Source: Leptospira biflexa (GTDB lineage Bacteria > Spirochaetota > Leptospiria > Turneriellales > DYLW01). Taken from it: DNA of 60,382 nucleotides. Positions within the stretch are counted from its first letter, which is position 1. Each line of letters begins with the position of its first letter. Shown here in pieces: positions 8,809 through 18,882 of the stretch. The stretch lies in the NCBI GenBank assembly GCA_020720785.1, contig DYOA01000013.1:1-60382 (forward strand), in the 5' to 3' direction. Below the pieces are notes generated by a model that ran no database searches, was not told where the DNA came from, and worked only from the letters and a program-made list of their open reading frames with translations. The translations under genes and the position numbers were made by a program.

Positions 8809-10434
8809 TCAGTTCTTCTTTTTTGCTTCGTCCGCTTTGTTGGTTTCTTCGATCATTTTTACACGGGAGGATTTATCTTCGGTGGCGGTGCCTTCTTCTC
8901 CCGCTTTTACGGCTCCAAAGAGGTAGTATGCGGTGAGGCTCACGCCTTTGAATCCTGTTTCATCGTCCTTGTTGAAGAGCAGGTTGATGCGGAAATTCTT
9001 ATCCGGCTTATACTGGAATCCCAGGCCATAGTCTTCCAGAGAGGACACAAGGGTGGAGGGAGTTTCGCTGGTGGTATTGGTGTTGGTTGCTCCGCTTCCG
9101 GAAACCGGTTCTGTTTTTTCAATTCTCCGGTCGTGGATGGAGTACTTCAGTTTGGGGTATGTACCGGCGAATAAATCCAGTTGGGGATGGACGGCAATCT
9201 GGAATACCAGCGGTAGACCGGCGGCCACGGCATAGTTCTGGAATTTGATGGTGGATTTATTTCCGGTATCCGGTGTGCGCACCCATTCTGTATGGTTCAC
9301 AATAGCTCCCAGTTCCGGGGTCACATAGAAGAATCCGCTTTTGCCCACTTTAAAGGCCTGGGTGGAGAAGATGTAGAGATTCCCGTCTTCCACTCCGGTG
9401 TAGGTGTTTTTGGTGACTTCCTTACTTCCTACGGGAGTAACAACTACACAGCCACTTCCTTGGTCCTCTGAACAGTTCCGCTGAAAAAGTTGATCATATG
9501 AATAATCCGTGGTTCCCAATGGAATTTTGGCCCCGCCATACCAGCCCACATTATCCCCGCTGCCATACTGCATCCAGCCAATGGTCTGGGCATTCAGATA
9601 CATCACTCCGGAGGGTTTATCGCCCACAGCCTGCGGGGATTTGAGGGCATTGCCATCCGCATCGGTGGGGTAGGATATTTCGCTACCTCCCAGACTGGCC
9701 GGTAAAATCATAGGAATTGGGGCGTATTTCCCGGCATTGTTAATAATCCGATGGGACCCACCGTGTATTTTTACTGTCATTTCATTTTCGCCGCCTTCCA
9801 CCAGATAGGCCAGACCCATGGAAGCCACCAGCCGGCCAAACTGCCCGCCGGCGTTGATTCCAATCTGGGTGATATCATCCGGGTTGTGGTAGTCATACTC
9901 AAAGCTGGATATTTGCCCATCGCCCGCATTGGGGTTGGTATAGGAAAAATGGTTATATTTCAGATTACTGGCTTCGTCCGGAGCCATACGGTTCATCTGG
10001 GTAAAAATCCCCACGCCCAAGCTTTCGCCCACCAGAACGCCCACGGAGGCCCGCAGGTGCATGTCTTCAATGATCTGTTTTTTGGTTTCCGATGTGGTAT
10101 TGGAATTTTCTTTCTGGGTGGGATTGTTTTTATAGGATACCGCAGTGTAAATGGGCAGACCCAGAGTGAACCTTCCTCCCAGAAGGATGGTATTTTTCTC
10201 TCCGGTAAAATTGGTGTAACCGGCCTCCAGGGAGTCATTTTTTGCCTGGGAATAATACGCAGGGGCAATGAGGTAATCCCAGTTGTCAAAGGTGATATCA
10301 TAGCTCACCCCGGCCTGGTTGGGAATGGACTTCTCAAAAATGGAAATATAGGACCAGAGGAAATTTCCGCTTCCTGCGAATACAGCCAGTGCGATCACCC
10401 ATTGGCCGGATTTTTTTACAATATTTTGCAGCAT
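8809..10434 (-). CDS. exported, probably outer-membrane beta-rich protein of unknown function
   Basis: N-terminal signal-like segment; alternating aromatic/Gly strands (YGLGFQY, VSLTAYYLF); charged C-terminal tail; GGAGAG RBS. Confidence 0.6.
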   Translation of the reverse strand: MLQNIVKKSGQWVIALAVFAGSGNFLWSYISIFEKSIPNQAGVSYDITFDNWDYLIAPAYYSQAKNDSLEAGYTNFTGEKNTILLGGRFTLGLPIYTAVSYKNNPTQKENSNTTSETKKQIIEDMHLRASVGVLVGESLGVGIFTQMNRMAPDEASNLKYNHFSYTNPNAGDGQISSFEYDYHNPDDITQIGINAGGQFGRLVASMGLAYLVEGGENEMTVKIHGGSHRIINNAGKYAPIPMILPASLGGSEISYPTDADGNALKSPQAVGDKPSGVMYLNAQTIGWMQYGSGDNVGWYGGAKIPLGTTDYSYDQLFQRNCSEDQGSGCVVVTPVGSKEVTKNTYTGVEDGNLYIFSTQAFKVGKSGFFYVTPELGAIVNHTEWVRTPDTGNKSTIKFQNYAVAAGLPLVFQIAVHPQLDLFAGTYPKLKYSIHDRRIEKTEPVSGSGATNTNTTSETPSTLVSSLEDYGLGFQYKPDKNFRINLLFNKDDETGFKGVSLTAYYLFGAVKAGEEGTATEDKSSRVKMIEETNKADEAKKKN

Positions 10435-10512
10435 AATACTCTCCCGTTTATTGGTTTGTTGTTGTCTTTCGTGTTGGTGTCACCAAGACAACCATTTTTC
10501 TTGGCTCAATAT

Positions 10513-11760
10513 TTAGAATATTTCCAGAAGTGTGATCTCCGGAGGACAGCACAGACGCACGGGCATCCAGTGTCCGGTTCCTGCGTTCACATAAAGATGG
10601 CTTTCTACCGGCGTCCCGCTCCCCAGGACATAATGCCCCCGGATGAAAGGCTGGATATTTTTTTCCAGGAATTTGAGGAAAAACGGGAAACAGATCTGGC
10701 TGCCGTGGGTGTGCCCGGCCAGGGACAGATCCATCCTCTTGTTATTTTTGGATATCCGGGAGAAAAAAATGGGCAGGTCTTTGGGATCATGCAGCAGAAA
10801 CAGCAATGGATTTTTGTTATCCGTTTTCCCAAAGGCCGATGTATAGTACTGCTGGATCAATGCCTCCCGTTTCTGTGCATCCCGGAAATGGGGAAAGGGG
10901 TAGTCCGTGCCCACAATCTGCCAGATAAACCCGTTTTTATCCGTAAACCGCCGGGATTCATTGTCCAGAAGCACAATCCCCAGTTTCCGGTATTCTTCCG
11001 CCAATGGCCGGGCAGAATCAATATGGTCATGGTTACCGATGATGGCATACGTGGGGATTTTCTTCAGAGAGCGGTAAAATTCGGAGAAAACGGGAATAAA
11101 CTCATTATTATTGTCAATGATATCTCCCGTTAGAACCAGGATGTCCGCCTCCGTGGAGTTCACCAGGGCGGCAATTTTTGCCATTTCTCTGCGGTGGATA
11201 ATACTGCCGATGTGCGTATCCGAAATCTGGAGAATCCGGAGTTTCTGCTTTTCCATCTTGCCCACCTTAGGAAGATCCAGAGAAATCTTCCTCACTTCCG
11301 GACTGCGGTTGGAGCTATGGATGACTGTCACCAAAATAAGGAAGAAAGCAAGGTATCCATAAACCAATGTCTTGCGGAGGGGAAATCCAAAGGCAGGATG
11401 GGAAAAAATCGCCCTCAGGAACCGCAGGCTTCCCGCAATAACCAGAAAAATCAGGATAAACGGAAAAAAGAAAAGCATGGAATAATTCCAGGAAATCCAC
11501 ACAGAATAGGGATAAAATGCCCAACCGTCAAAACCCATCGGCAGACTTTTTCCATGGAAGCCCATAATGACCAGAAAAACCGTGTTCCCGGCAAATAGAG
11601 CACTCACTGTTCCGTAGAGCACTTTCCAGAGTATCAACGCGGGTTTCCGGATTTGCGGGTTATTATTTTTTTCCTTATATAAAACCCGTATGGATATCCA
11701 CAGAAAGTAGCTGAAGATAAGGATATACAGGAAGAGGAACAAAAATACAAATTTTACCAT
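10513..11760 (-). CDS. membrane-anchored metallophosphoesterase (YkuE/YaeI-like)
   Basis: 4 TM segments, then SDTH, GDIID, GNHD, LLH, GHTHGSQ, PPEI. Confidence 0.9.
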   Translation of the reverse strand: MVKFVFLFLFLYILIFSYFLWISIRVLYKEKNNNPQIRKPALILWKVLYGTVSALFAGNTVFLVIMGFHGKSLPMGFDGWAFYPYSVWISWNYSMLFFFPFILIFLVIAGSLRFLRAIFSHPAFGFPLRKTLVYGYLAFFLILVTVIHSSNRSPEVRKISLDLPKVGKMEKQKLRILQISDTHIGSIIHRREMAKIAALVNSTEADILVLTGDIIDNNNEFIPVFSEFYRSLKKIPTYAIIGNHDHIDSARPLAEEYRKLGIVLLDNESRRFTDKNGFIWQIVGTDYPFPHFRDAQKREALIQQYYTSAFGKTDNKNPLLFLLHDPKDLPIFFSRISKNNKRMDLSLAGHTHGSQICFPFFLKFLEKNIQPFIRGHYVLGSGTPVESHLYVNAGTGHWMPVRLCCPPEITLLEIF

Positions 11761-11806
11761 AAGCCAGAATTAATAACCCACGGAACCTGCAAAGTCCTTT
11801 GTCGGG

Positions 11807-12952
11807 TTACCAGGAATCCCGCATGGTATGGCAGGCTCTGCTTGCATTCTTTTCGTAGTAGTCCTGGTGGTAGTCTTCCGCAGCGTAAAAAGTTTTTGCC
11901 TCCGCAATCTGCGTGACGGCTTTTTTCCCCAGAGATTTTGCATAGGAAGAGGTCTGGTTAAAATCTGCCTTCACTTTTTCTGCGGTATTTTTCTGTTCCT
12001 CACTGTGGTAAAACACCACGGAGCGGTATTGGGTTCCCACATCCGGCCCCTGTCTGTCCTGGGTTGTGGGATCATGCAGGCGGAAAAAAACCCGCACCAG
12101 TTCTTTATAAGAGATAGCATTCGGATCATAGACCACCTGCACCACTTCCGCATGGCCGGTGTTGCCTCTGGCCACATCATAGTATCCGGGATTTTTGAGG
12201 ATCCCCCCCATATAGCCAGATTCCACATCCTTCACGCCCGGAGTTTTCTTGAGAATGGTTTCCACTCCCCAGAAACATCCCGCCCCAAAGGTGGCCACCC
12301 GGAACTCCTGGTTTTTCTTCAGGATTTCCTGGAAGCCTGTAAAGATGGTCATATCCAGAGTTTCCTCCGTATTGGATGGTTTCGCCGGCCTCGCATGAAA
12401 AAGGGAAAGAAGATGTCCATAGCCCTCCTCTTCCATATTTTCTATGGGGATAAAACGCAGAGAAGCGGAGTTGATGCAGTACCGCAGGCCGGTTTGGTCC
12501 CGGGGGCCATCCTCAAAAATATGGCCCAGGTGAGAATCTCCCCGTCGGCTCCGCACTTCCACCCGGCTCATTCCGTGGGAAATATCCCGGTTATAAACAA
12601 CATTCTTTTCATTAATGGGACGGGTAAAGGACGGCCAGCCTGTACCGGAATCAAATTTATGTAAAGAGGAAAAAAGTGGCTCTCCGGATACCACATCCAC
12701 ATATATTCCTTCTTTATGGTTGTCATAATACTCATTGTTAAAGGGTGGCTCTGTTCCGTTTTCCCGCACCACAGATATCTGAAGCGGGGTGAGTTTCTTA
12801 TTCTTCTCGCGATGTTCTGCGGATAAGTGGTCCCCTTTTTCATTTTCTACCATAGGTTTCATTGCATTGACTCCTTTATTTTCACGTACTTTTTTGTCTG
12901 TGCAGGAAAAAACCACAATTACTAAACTAATCAGGATTTTTCTATAATTCAT
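11807..12952 (-). CDS. msrAB: methionine sulfoxide reductase MsrB-MsrA fusion, probable lipoprotein
   Basis: [26 protein letters not shown] (MsrB), then [17 protein letters not shown] (MsrA); [17 protein letters not shown] lipobox-like start (alternative start 12991). Confidence 0.93.
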   Translation of the reverse strand: MNYRKILISLVIVVFSCTDKKVRENKGVNAMKPMVENEKGDHLSAEHREKNKKLTPLQISVVRENGTEPPFNNEYYDNHKEGIYVDVVSGEPLFSSLHKFDSGTGWPSFTRPINEKNVVYNRDISHGMSRVEVRSRRGDSHLGHIFEDGPRDQTGLRYCINSASLRFIPIENMEEEGYGHLLSLFHARPAKPSNTEETLDMTIFTGFQEILKKNQEFRVATFGAGCFWGVETILKKTPGVKDVESGYMGGILKNPGYYDVARGNTGHAEVVQVVYDPNAISYKELVRVFFRLHDPTTQDRQGPDVGTQYRSVVFYHSEEQKNTAEKVKADFNQTSSYAKSLGKKAVTQIAEAKTFYAAEDYHQDYYEKNASRACHTMRDSW

Positions 12953-13037
12953 TCTGGATAGAGAATAATAATCATTCCTGATATTGACCATTTATTTCCA
13001 TAAATTCCTTAAAAAATCCTTTACTGGTTCTGCATGA

Positions 13038-14201
13038 ATGGGGTTTTTGAGCATGACGGAAACTGGAGTTCTGATATCGATTATTTTCACCATTTTTTAT
13101 GCCGCCAGTCGGGAAAAGCTGCAATTTCTGTTCCGGTATACTCCCACGGTGGTTTATGCCTATGTGATCCCCATGGCCTTTTCCTATTCCGGAATTTTGC
13201 CTGTATCATCCATCGCTTATGATACCATACAGAATTATCTTCTTCCCGCTGCCATTATTTTCCTGCTTTCCTCGTCGGATCCATCGGCACTGAAAAAATT
13301 GGGTTTATACCCCGTTATTGGGATGTTTGTGGGAACTCTGGCTGTTCTGGCTGGAGGTTTGGTATCCTTCTATCTGTTTTCCGCATATCTGGAGAAAGAT
13401 GTATGGAAAGGATTTGCAGCCCTTTCCGCAAGCTGGATTGGCGGCAGTACCAGCATGCTGGCCGCAGGAAAATCCTTCCAGACACCCTCCAGTATGATGG
13501 GCATGATGGTTCTGGTGGATACCGTTGTGAGCTACAGTTGGATGGCTTTTCTGATATTCTTACGTCCTTTTTCCGGTACAATAGACCAATGGAATCATGC
13601 CCGTCCAATGGATATTTCCCTGGACGGCACGCCGGTAACCCCCACGCCAGAATCCCAGACTTCCATTTTTTCCCATACCCATTCTTTGGCGTTTGCCATC
13701 CTAATCATGACCCTGGGCAGTGAATTGCTGCTGCGTCTGGGAAAAGTCCATCCCGGACAGGGAAAAATCATCTCCGCGTTTGGATGGACCGTTCTGTACG
13801 CTACCCTGGCCGGATTTCTGGTGTCCTTTCTGCCCCATTTTAAAAGGAACCAAGAGGATTACCAGAACCTGGGAAATTTTTTGCTGTATCTGGTTCTGGC
13901 GGCTCTGGGGGCATCCTCCGATTTCTCCTCCATCCGGAATGCCCATCTCTATTTGGCTGCCGGGGTGGTTTGGATACTCCTGCACGGGTTTTTCCTCTTT
14001 GTCATTGCGGGAAAATTCCTGAAACTGCCCTTCCCGCTTCTGGCCATTTCTTCCCAGTGCAACATCGGGGGAATTATCAGCGGACCCATTCTGGCATCGG
14101 TATACCATCCATCCCTGGTTCCCGTGGGTCTGGTCCTGGCCATTCTGGGTAATCTCTATGCCCTGACCTTCGCGTTTCTTTTTGCCTGGATGATCGCATA
14201 G
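13038..14201 (+). CDS. DUF819-family integral membrane protein
   Basis: ~10 TM segments; ASWIGGS, SQCNIGG, LAILGN motifs typical of DUF819. Confidence 0.8.
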   Translation: MGFLSMTETGVLISIIFTIFYAASREKLQFLFRYTPTVVYAYVIPMAFSYSGILPVSSIAYDTIQNYLLPAAIIFLLSSSDPSALKKLGLYPVIGMFVGTLAVLAGGLVSFYLFSAYLEKDVWKGFAALSASWIGGSTSMLAAGKSFQTPSSMMGMMVLVDTVVSYSWMAFLIFLRPFSGTIDQWNHARPMDISLDGTPVTPTPESQTSIFSHTHSLAFAILIMTLGSELLLRLGKVHPGQGKIISAFGWTVLYATLAGFLVSFLPHFKRNQEDYQNLGNFLLYLVLAALGASSDFSSIRNAHLYLAAGVVWILLHGFFLFVIAGKFLKLPFPLLAISSQCNIGGIISGPILASVYHPSLVPVGLVLAILGNLYALTFAFLFAWMIA

Positions 14202-14204
14202 AAA

Positions 14205-15605
14205 TCAAAACGCACGGGAATAGGATGCCATGACGGTCCCGTTGGGGTTTCCTTCCGGGGCAAAAACCAGAACAGTGTACAGGTAAAACCGGGAAAAATT
14301 CCACCGGGTATAGATTCCGGATTGCCCGCTCACCCCATACATCCGGTGGTATCGCTCTAGAGTGTCCTCGTTGTAATCCGTTTCCGGTACAAAGGGCATC
14401 TCCTCTCCATCTTCATTGGGCAGATAAAAACCACCCAGACGGATTTCCTTACCCAGATCCAGCCCACCGGAAAGCATGGCAGATTGGCCATGGACACGAA
14501 ACAATCCCCCGATATAAGGAGACACCGCTTTCCGCCAGTCCGGTGAAGAGACCAGGGAATCCGGACTTCTTTTCTGGAGGAATCCACCGGCAAAAAGGGA
14601 GCCATCCTCCTCTTTCTGGAAAATTCCACTCACCCAGGAATGCGACATCCGGATAAGGGAAAAATCCTTTCCTTCCCCCTTTTCCCGCAAATGCCGGTAA
14701 TAGACAAAAACATCCGTTTCCGGAGACCGGGCGGAAAAAATTCCCCAGCCACCCTCCTCCGCCTGATAAACTCCATGGGAGAAGGGATTCTCCCTTTTTT
14801 TCCTGAATCCCACTCCCCGTGCATACAACGATCTGCGGTCATTTCCGGAAAAGAGGGAAAAATCGGCCAGGAAACTGGAACTTCCATCCGCTACTCCCAG
14901 CAGACCGATGGAGGTATCCTCTCCCCGGTAGTCATAGTCCAAGGCCAAAACCGGCAGTGGCACCGCATAGTTTGTTTTCTCTCCGGTCTCCGTATCCTCA
15001 AAATGAGAAATCACACCGGGCTGGACAGACAAACCTCTTGCCAGAGGAAGCATCCATGCCGTCTGGAGTATTCCCAGGGTAGCGGCGGGATTTGGGGTGC
15101 CATTTGCTTCCGATGAGGAAATATCCTTGTAGTAATTCTTCACAAGAATTCGGGATTTTGCCCCGGCGGAATCCCCATAATTCTGAAAGGGGGAAACCTG
15201 AAATCCCCACCCGATGGGAGATTCGGCGGGATGGGCATAGGAACCGGGTGAATAGCTTCCGCTGGAAAGATAAAAACCCGCCATTTCATTATCCTGAAGA
15301 TAATTGCCTGCGTCCAGCCGGAAATAATCCCCGGGATAGCGGAACCAGCCATAGACATGGTGGAGGGTTTTCTGCTCATCGGAATACGTTTCCGGGTTAT
15401 AGGTTTCCTCTATCCGCCAGTTATATCCCGCAAGATATTCTTCGCTCCGGAGGAAAAATCCCGCTTCCGTGTGCTCGCCCGCTACGGCATATCCGGTTGC
15501 CAGGGCACCTATGTCATACCCCGTTATTGTTTCTGAAGAGAGAATCATCCCGCCATACAGAACCACAAGCCTGAGGGCAATGAAAATGGACGAGAATTTT
15601 TTCAT
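14205..15605 (-). CDS. hypothetical exported/outer-membrane protein
   Basis: Signal-like N-terminus, Gly/aromatic-rich strands, terminal Phe; start overlaps upstream stop. Confidence 0.6.
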   Translation of the reverse strand: MKKFSSIFIALRLVVLYGGMILSSETITGYDIGALATGYAVAGEHTEAGFFLRSEEYLAGYNWRIEETYNPETYSDEQKTLHHVYGWFRYPGDYFRLDAGNYLQDNEMAGFYLSSGSYSPGSYAHPAESPIGWGFQVSPFQNYGDSAGAKSRILVKNYYKDISSSEANGTPNPAATLGILQTAWMLPLARGLSVQPGVISHFEDTETGEKTNYAVPLPVLALDYDYRGEDTSIGLLGVADGSSSFLADFSLFSGNDRRSLYARGVGFRKKRENPFSHGVYQAEEGGWGIFSARSPETDVFVYYRHLREKGEGKDFSLIRMSHSWVSGIFQKEEDGSLFAGGFLQKRSPDSLVSSPDWRKAVSPYIGGLFRVHGQSAMLSGGLDLGKEIRLGGFYLPNEDGEEMPFVPETDYNEDTLERYHRMYGVSGQSGIYTRWNFSRFYLYTVLVFAPEGNPNGTVMASYSRAF

Positions 15606-16603
15606 AATTTCCTCCGGCAGTGGTATCCTTTCTGCCCCAGAATTTCCCGGCTACGGATATCCATCCCACACACCTCCCCGGATTTCTGGAAACGCAGGGA
15701 GGCGGCCGGCGTGAGTCCCCATCGTACCAGTACCGCAAAGGACGGAATTTTTTTGGGGATGGGGTTTTTGGATTTCAAATGCTCCGGCTTTTTATGCCTC
15801 TTTTCCTTTTTTTGTGTTTTCTCTTTCTGTATTTCCTCCGTGGTCTGCTCCGGCACGGGGTCAAATCCCCAGAAAGATCCATTGCTGTTTTGCCCATCAC
15901 CATAACTCCGGATTTTTTTCCCCCACTGGTATTGGATTCCCGCATAAAGCGTCCGGGAGGGAGACTCCGTTGAAGGAAAACTCATTTCCAGAGAAAATTC
16001 ATAGGCGGAATGGAAATGAAAAACCACCCCCGTGGATATTTTATGGAGGGGATTCTGGTATCCGGCGGAAAGATGGTAACCGGGAAATAGCTCCAGATTT
16101 ATTTTAACCGTGGAAACCATTTCTTCATCCGTTTCTTTCAGAAAATCCAGAGAAAAACGCAGGGGGATATAATAATAATTAGAATGGGATATCTGAAAAT
16201 TCTGCCGGCTTGGGGAGCCCATAAAAAAGGCGTTTATGGCTTCCTGCTCCCAATAGAATCCACCAGCCGGCTCCGTATGTCCCATTTCCACCTCCAGCTC
16301 CGGAAGTCTTGTGGAGGAGAAAAAACCCCCTCCCAGAAGCGAAAATTCCTGGCTTAATTTCCATCCCGCGGAAAACAGAAAAACATTCCTGCTATACAGA
16401 TCTTCCACCCGGTAGGAATCCCAATTTGCGTAGACGGCGGTTTTATCCGTATCCAGAAAGAATCCCGCATTGGTTACCTCCGGCTCCACCGGAATATCCG
16501 GTGCCCGGGTGGAAAGCCAGAGGGCAGTCCGGGCATGGACAACCCCAGCAAAAACCATATATGCGATAATCAGAATACCGGTGGTTTTCATATTACTGTG
16601 CAT
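15602..16603 (-). CDS. hypothetical outer-membrane protein with Lys-rich linker and small C-terminal helical domain
   Basis: Signal peptide (VVHA-R), amphipathic strands up to YAGIQYQWG, basic linker. Confidence 0.6.
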   Translation of the reverse strand: MHSNMKTTGILIIAYMVFAGVVHARTALWLSTRAPDIPVEPEVTNAGFFLDTDKTAVYANWDSYRVEDLYSRNVFLFSAGWKLSQEFSLLGGGFFSSTRLPELEVEMGHTEPAGGFYWEQEAINAFFMGSPSRQNFQISHSNYYYIPLRFSLDFLKETDEEMVSTVKINLELFPGYHLSAGYQNPLHKISTGVVFHFHSAYEFSLEMSFPSTESPSRTLYAGIQYQWGKKIRSYGDGQNSNGSFWGFDPVPEQTTEEIQKEKTQKKEKRHKKPEHLKSKNPIPKKIPSFAVLVRWGLTPAASLRFQKSGEVCGMDIRSREILGQKGYHCRRKL

Positions 16604-17237
16604 AGAACAAATAGACCCGGTTTTCTGAATATACCAGGTAAATTCCGGGGGGAAGATTTTCCCATCCTGGAAATGCTATCTGTTTCCCTTGTATTGTATG
16701 CAGGGAAAAACTACGGGAATAAAATGGAGCTTCCATAATATTTTCCCTCCGGAATGACCGTTTTTCTTCCCGTTTGGATTTGCCGGAAACATCCAGCCCG
16801 GAAGCATTATCCCAGAAATAATATTCTTTCCTCAGAGGAGAGAAATACACCCTATGCAGACGCAGAATGCCCATGCGTTCCCGGTGCCCGGGGGAGTCCA
16901 CGCAGGAGCCATGCCACAGACCCGCTTTCTGGGCTTCCTTGTTTTTTTCCGGATTTCCCTCTCCCCAGCATAGATACGCCAATGGAGCATTTTCCGGAGA
17001 GCGGATCATGAGATAATCCCCGTTAAATTGTGCAACCACGGGAAAAGAAAGATCATTGGCCAGAACCCGGGAGAAAGTTCCTCCGGATGTCTCCACCAGA
17101 ATGGTATCCCCCGGATGCAAACCCACCCCCCTATCCAGAGTGGATGTTCCATTGGGGAAATCCATCTGCATCACGGCGGGATAAATTTCGGCAAGGCATA
17201 GAATATTCCATGCCCATAAATAAATTATTATTTTCAT
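16593..17237 (-). CDS. hypothetical secreted protein with T9SS-CTD-like tail
   Basis: Signal-like N-terminus, AGGTG RBS; tail FSLHTIQGKQI...NLPPGIYLV. Confidence 0.55.
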   Translation of the reverse strand: MKIIIYLWAWNILCLAEIYPAVMQMDFPNGTSTLDRGVGLHPGDTILVETSGGTFSRVLANDLSFPVVAQFNGDYLMIRSPENAPLAYLCWGEGNPEKNKEAQKAGLWHGSCVDSPGHRERMGILRLHRVYFSPLRKEYYFWDNASGLDVSGKSKREEKRSFRRENIMEAPFYSRSFSLHTIQGKQIAFPGWENLPPGIYLVYSENRVYLFYAQ

Positions 17238-17481
17238 ATTTTCACCTTTCCTATACTATGAAAAAAATATTTCACGTTTTCGCTGTTTGTATGATTAATA
17301 ATGATAAAATGAAGTATTCCTGCAAAAAAAAAGAAAATTAGCAAAAAAATGTGAAAAAAGCGGGTAAAAATAAAAAATCTCTTGATCTCCCCCCAAAAAA
17401 TTAGTTACAGTCACTGCGTTCACGGAAAAAATTAAAAATCGTGAAAAAAACCAATAAGGATACGTACAAAGGATATAAATT

Positions 17482-18405
17482 ATGAATGAATTGAATTCCC
17501 CTCCATCAATCAGTTACGCCCGGCTGGATTTGCAACTGAAAAGCATTTTCCAGTTTATCCCATTTCATTTTGTACCGTTTACCATAGCCGCTTTTTTTGC
17601 CTTCTGGTCTTTCAAACAATTACCACCCTCCATCTGGTGGTCCTGGCTGATATATCCGTTCATTATGCTGGCCGGAGGATATATTTTTCTTTTATTAGTA
17701 GTCCTCTTTGTGGGAGTTGCCTATCGTATTGTACCTGCTCTGGAATCAGGGAAGAAATACAAGACATACAGCAAGGAATGGCTCACCTGGGGAGTGAAAG
17801 CGGAGCTGTATAAAGCAGTGGCCGATTATGATATCCTCTATAATTATATCCTGAAAATCTATTCTCTTCGCTGGTTGTTTTTTAAGCTCATCGGCTTGAA
17901 ACTCCCCGCCACCAGCATGATAGCCACAGACGTAAGAATATATGAGCCCCATTTTCTGGAAGTGGGACAGAACGTGCTTTTACCGGTTTACTCAATTTTT
18001 TCCGGACATTTGATTACCGGAAATACTATGATTATGGGAAAAATAAAAATTGGGGATAACGCTCGTCTGGGTGCCCAGTCCGGTTTCAGTCCGGGTGTAA
18101 CGGTGGGAGACGGTGTGGCCATCGGATTTGGGGTCCAGTTGGGGCCTTTTTCCAGCGTGGGAGAAAAAACATTGATTGACTCCGGAACCAAAGTTGCCGA
18201 TCAGGTATCCATAGGTAAAAACTGCTATATTGGAAAGGACTGTGTGATTGACCGGAGAGTTGTTATTGGTGATGGCATCAGCGTTCCACCTTTTACCAGA
18301 ATTGAAGCCAAAAGAAAAATAACCCGGAATGAGGATATTTTCCAACCCCACGTGGGAGAAAGGAGGGTACCCGCGAGAACTGCCGGAGAACGTAGAAAGA
18401 AATAA
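17482..18405 (+). CDS. membrane-anchored left-handed beta-helix (hexapeptide) acyltransferase-like protein
   Basis: 2 TM segments; IKIGDNARLG, VTVGDGVAIG, VSIGKNCYIG hexapeptide repeats. Confidence 0.8.
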   Translation: MNELNSPPSISYARLDLQLKSIFQFIPFHFVPFTIAAFFAFWSFKQLPPSIWWSWLIYPFIMLAGGYIFLLLVVLFVGVAYRIVPALESGKKYKTYSKEWLTWGVKAELYKAVADYDILYNYILKIYSLRWLFFKLIGLKLPATSMIATDVRIYEPHFLEVGQNVLLPVYSIFSGHLITGNTMIMGKIKIGDNARLGAQSGFSPGVTVGDGVAIGFGVQLGPFSSVGEKTLIDSGTKVADQVSIGKNCYIGKDCVIDRRVVIGDGISVPPFTRIEAKRKITRNEDIFQPHVGERRVPARTAGERRKK

Positions 18406-18411
18406 GGAATT

Positions 18412-18882
18412 ATGGACACAAAAGGTTATATTATTTGCGTTGATGATGAGAAAACCGTCCTGGATACCCTCCAGGAGCAGTTGACAGGATCGTTTTCCAC
18501 CACTCATGATGTACTGACAGCAAATTCCGGGGAAGAAGCCTTGGAATTGCTGGCAACATTGACCAAAGAAGGGGAAACCGTGGATCTGGTGATCACAGAC
18601 CAGGTTATGCCCAAAATGAAAGGGGACGAACTGATGAAGATTATCCAGGAAAGATACCCCAACACCATGAAGATACTCTTGACCGGGCAAGCTGGACTGG
18701 ACGCCACCATAAAGGCCATCAATTATGGAGGACTGAACCGTTTTGTGGAAAAACCATGGAATAAGGAAGATTTGGTCAACGATATACAGGCCTTAATTCA
18801 CAAATTCCGGGAAAACCTGGAAAACCAGAGACTCATTGCCAGACTGGAGGCCCGTATTAATGAACTGGAAACCGGGACCTAA
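18412..18882 (+). CDS. response regulator receiver protein with coiled-coil tail
   Basis: VDDE, ITDQVMP, LTG, KPW. Confidence 0.9.
   Translation: MDTKGYIICVDDEKTVLDTLQEQLTGSFSTTHDVLTANSGEEALELLATLTKEGETVDLVITDQVMPKMKGDELMKIIQERYPNTMKILLTGQAGLDATIKAINYGGLNRFVEKPWNKEDLVNDIQALIHKFRENLENQRLIARLEARINELETGT

Noticed and set aside
10474-10486. TTGGTGTCACCAA (and partial matches at 11321 and 17404) as further REP copies
   Set aside because: Partial, isolated matches compatible with chance
9751-11133. 460-aa plus-strand ORF and similar long antisense ORFs (2211, 11828, 42077, 49512)
   Set aside because: Shadows of well-supported genes on the opposite strand, with no protein motifs
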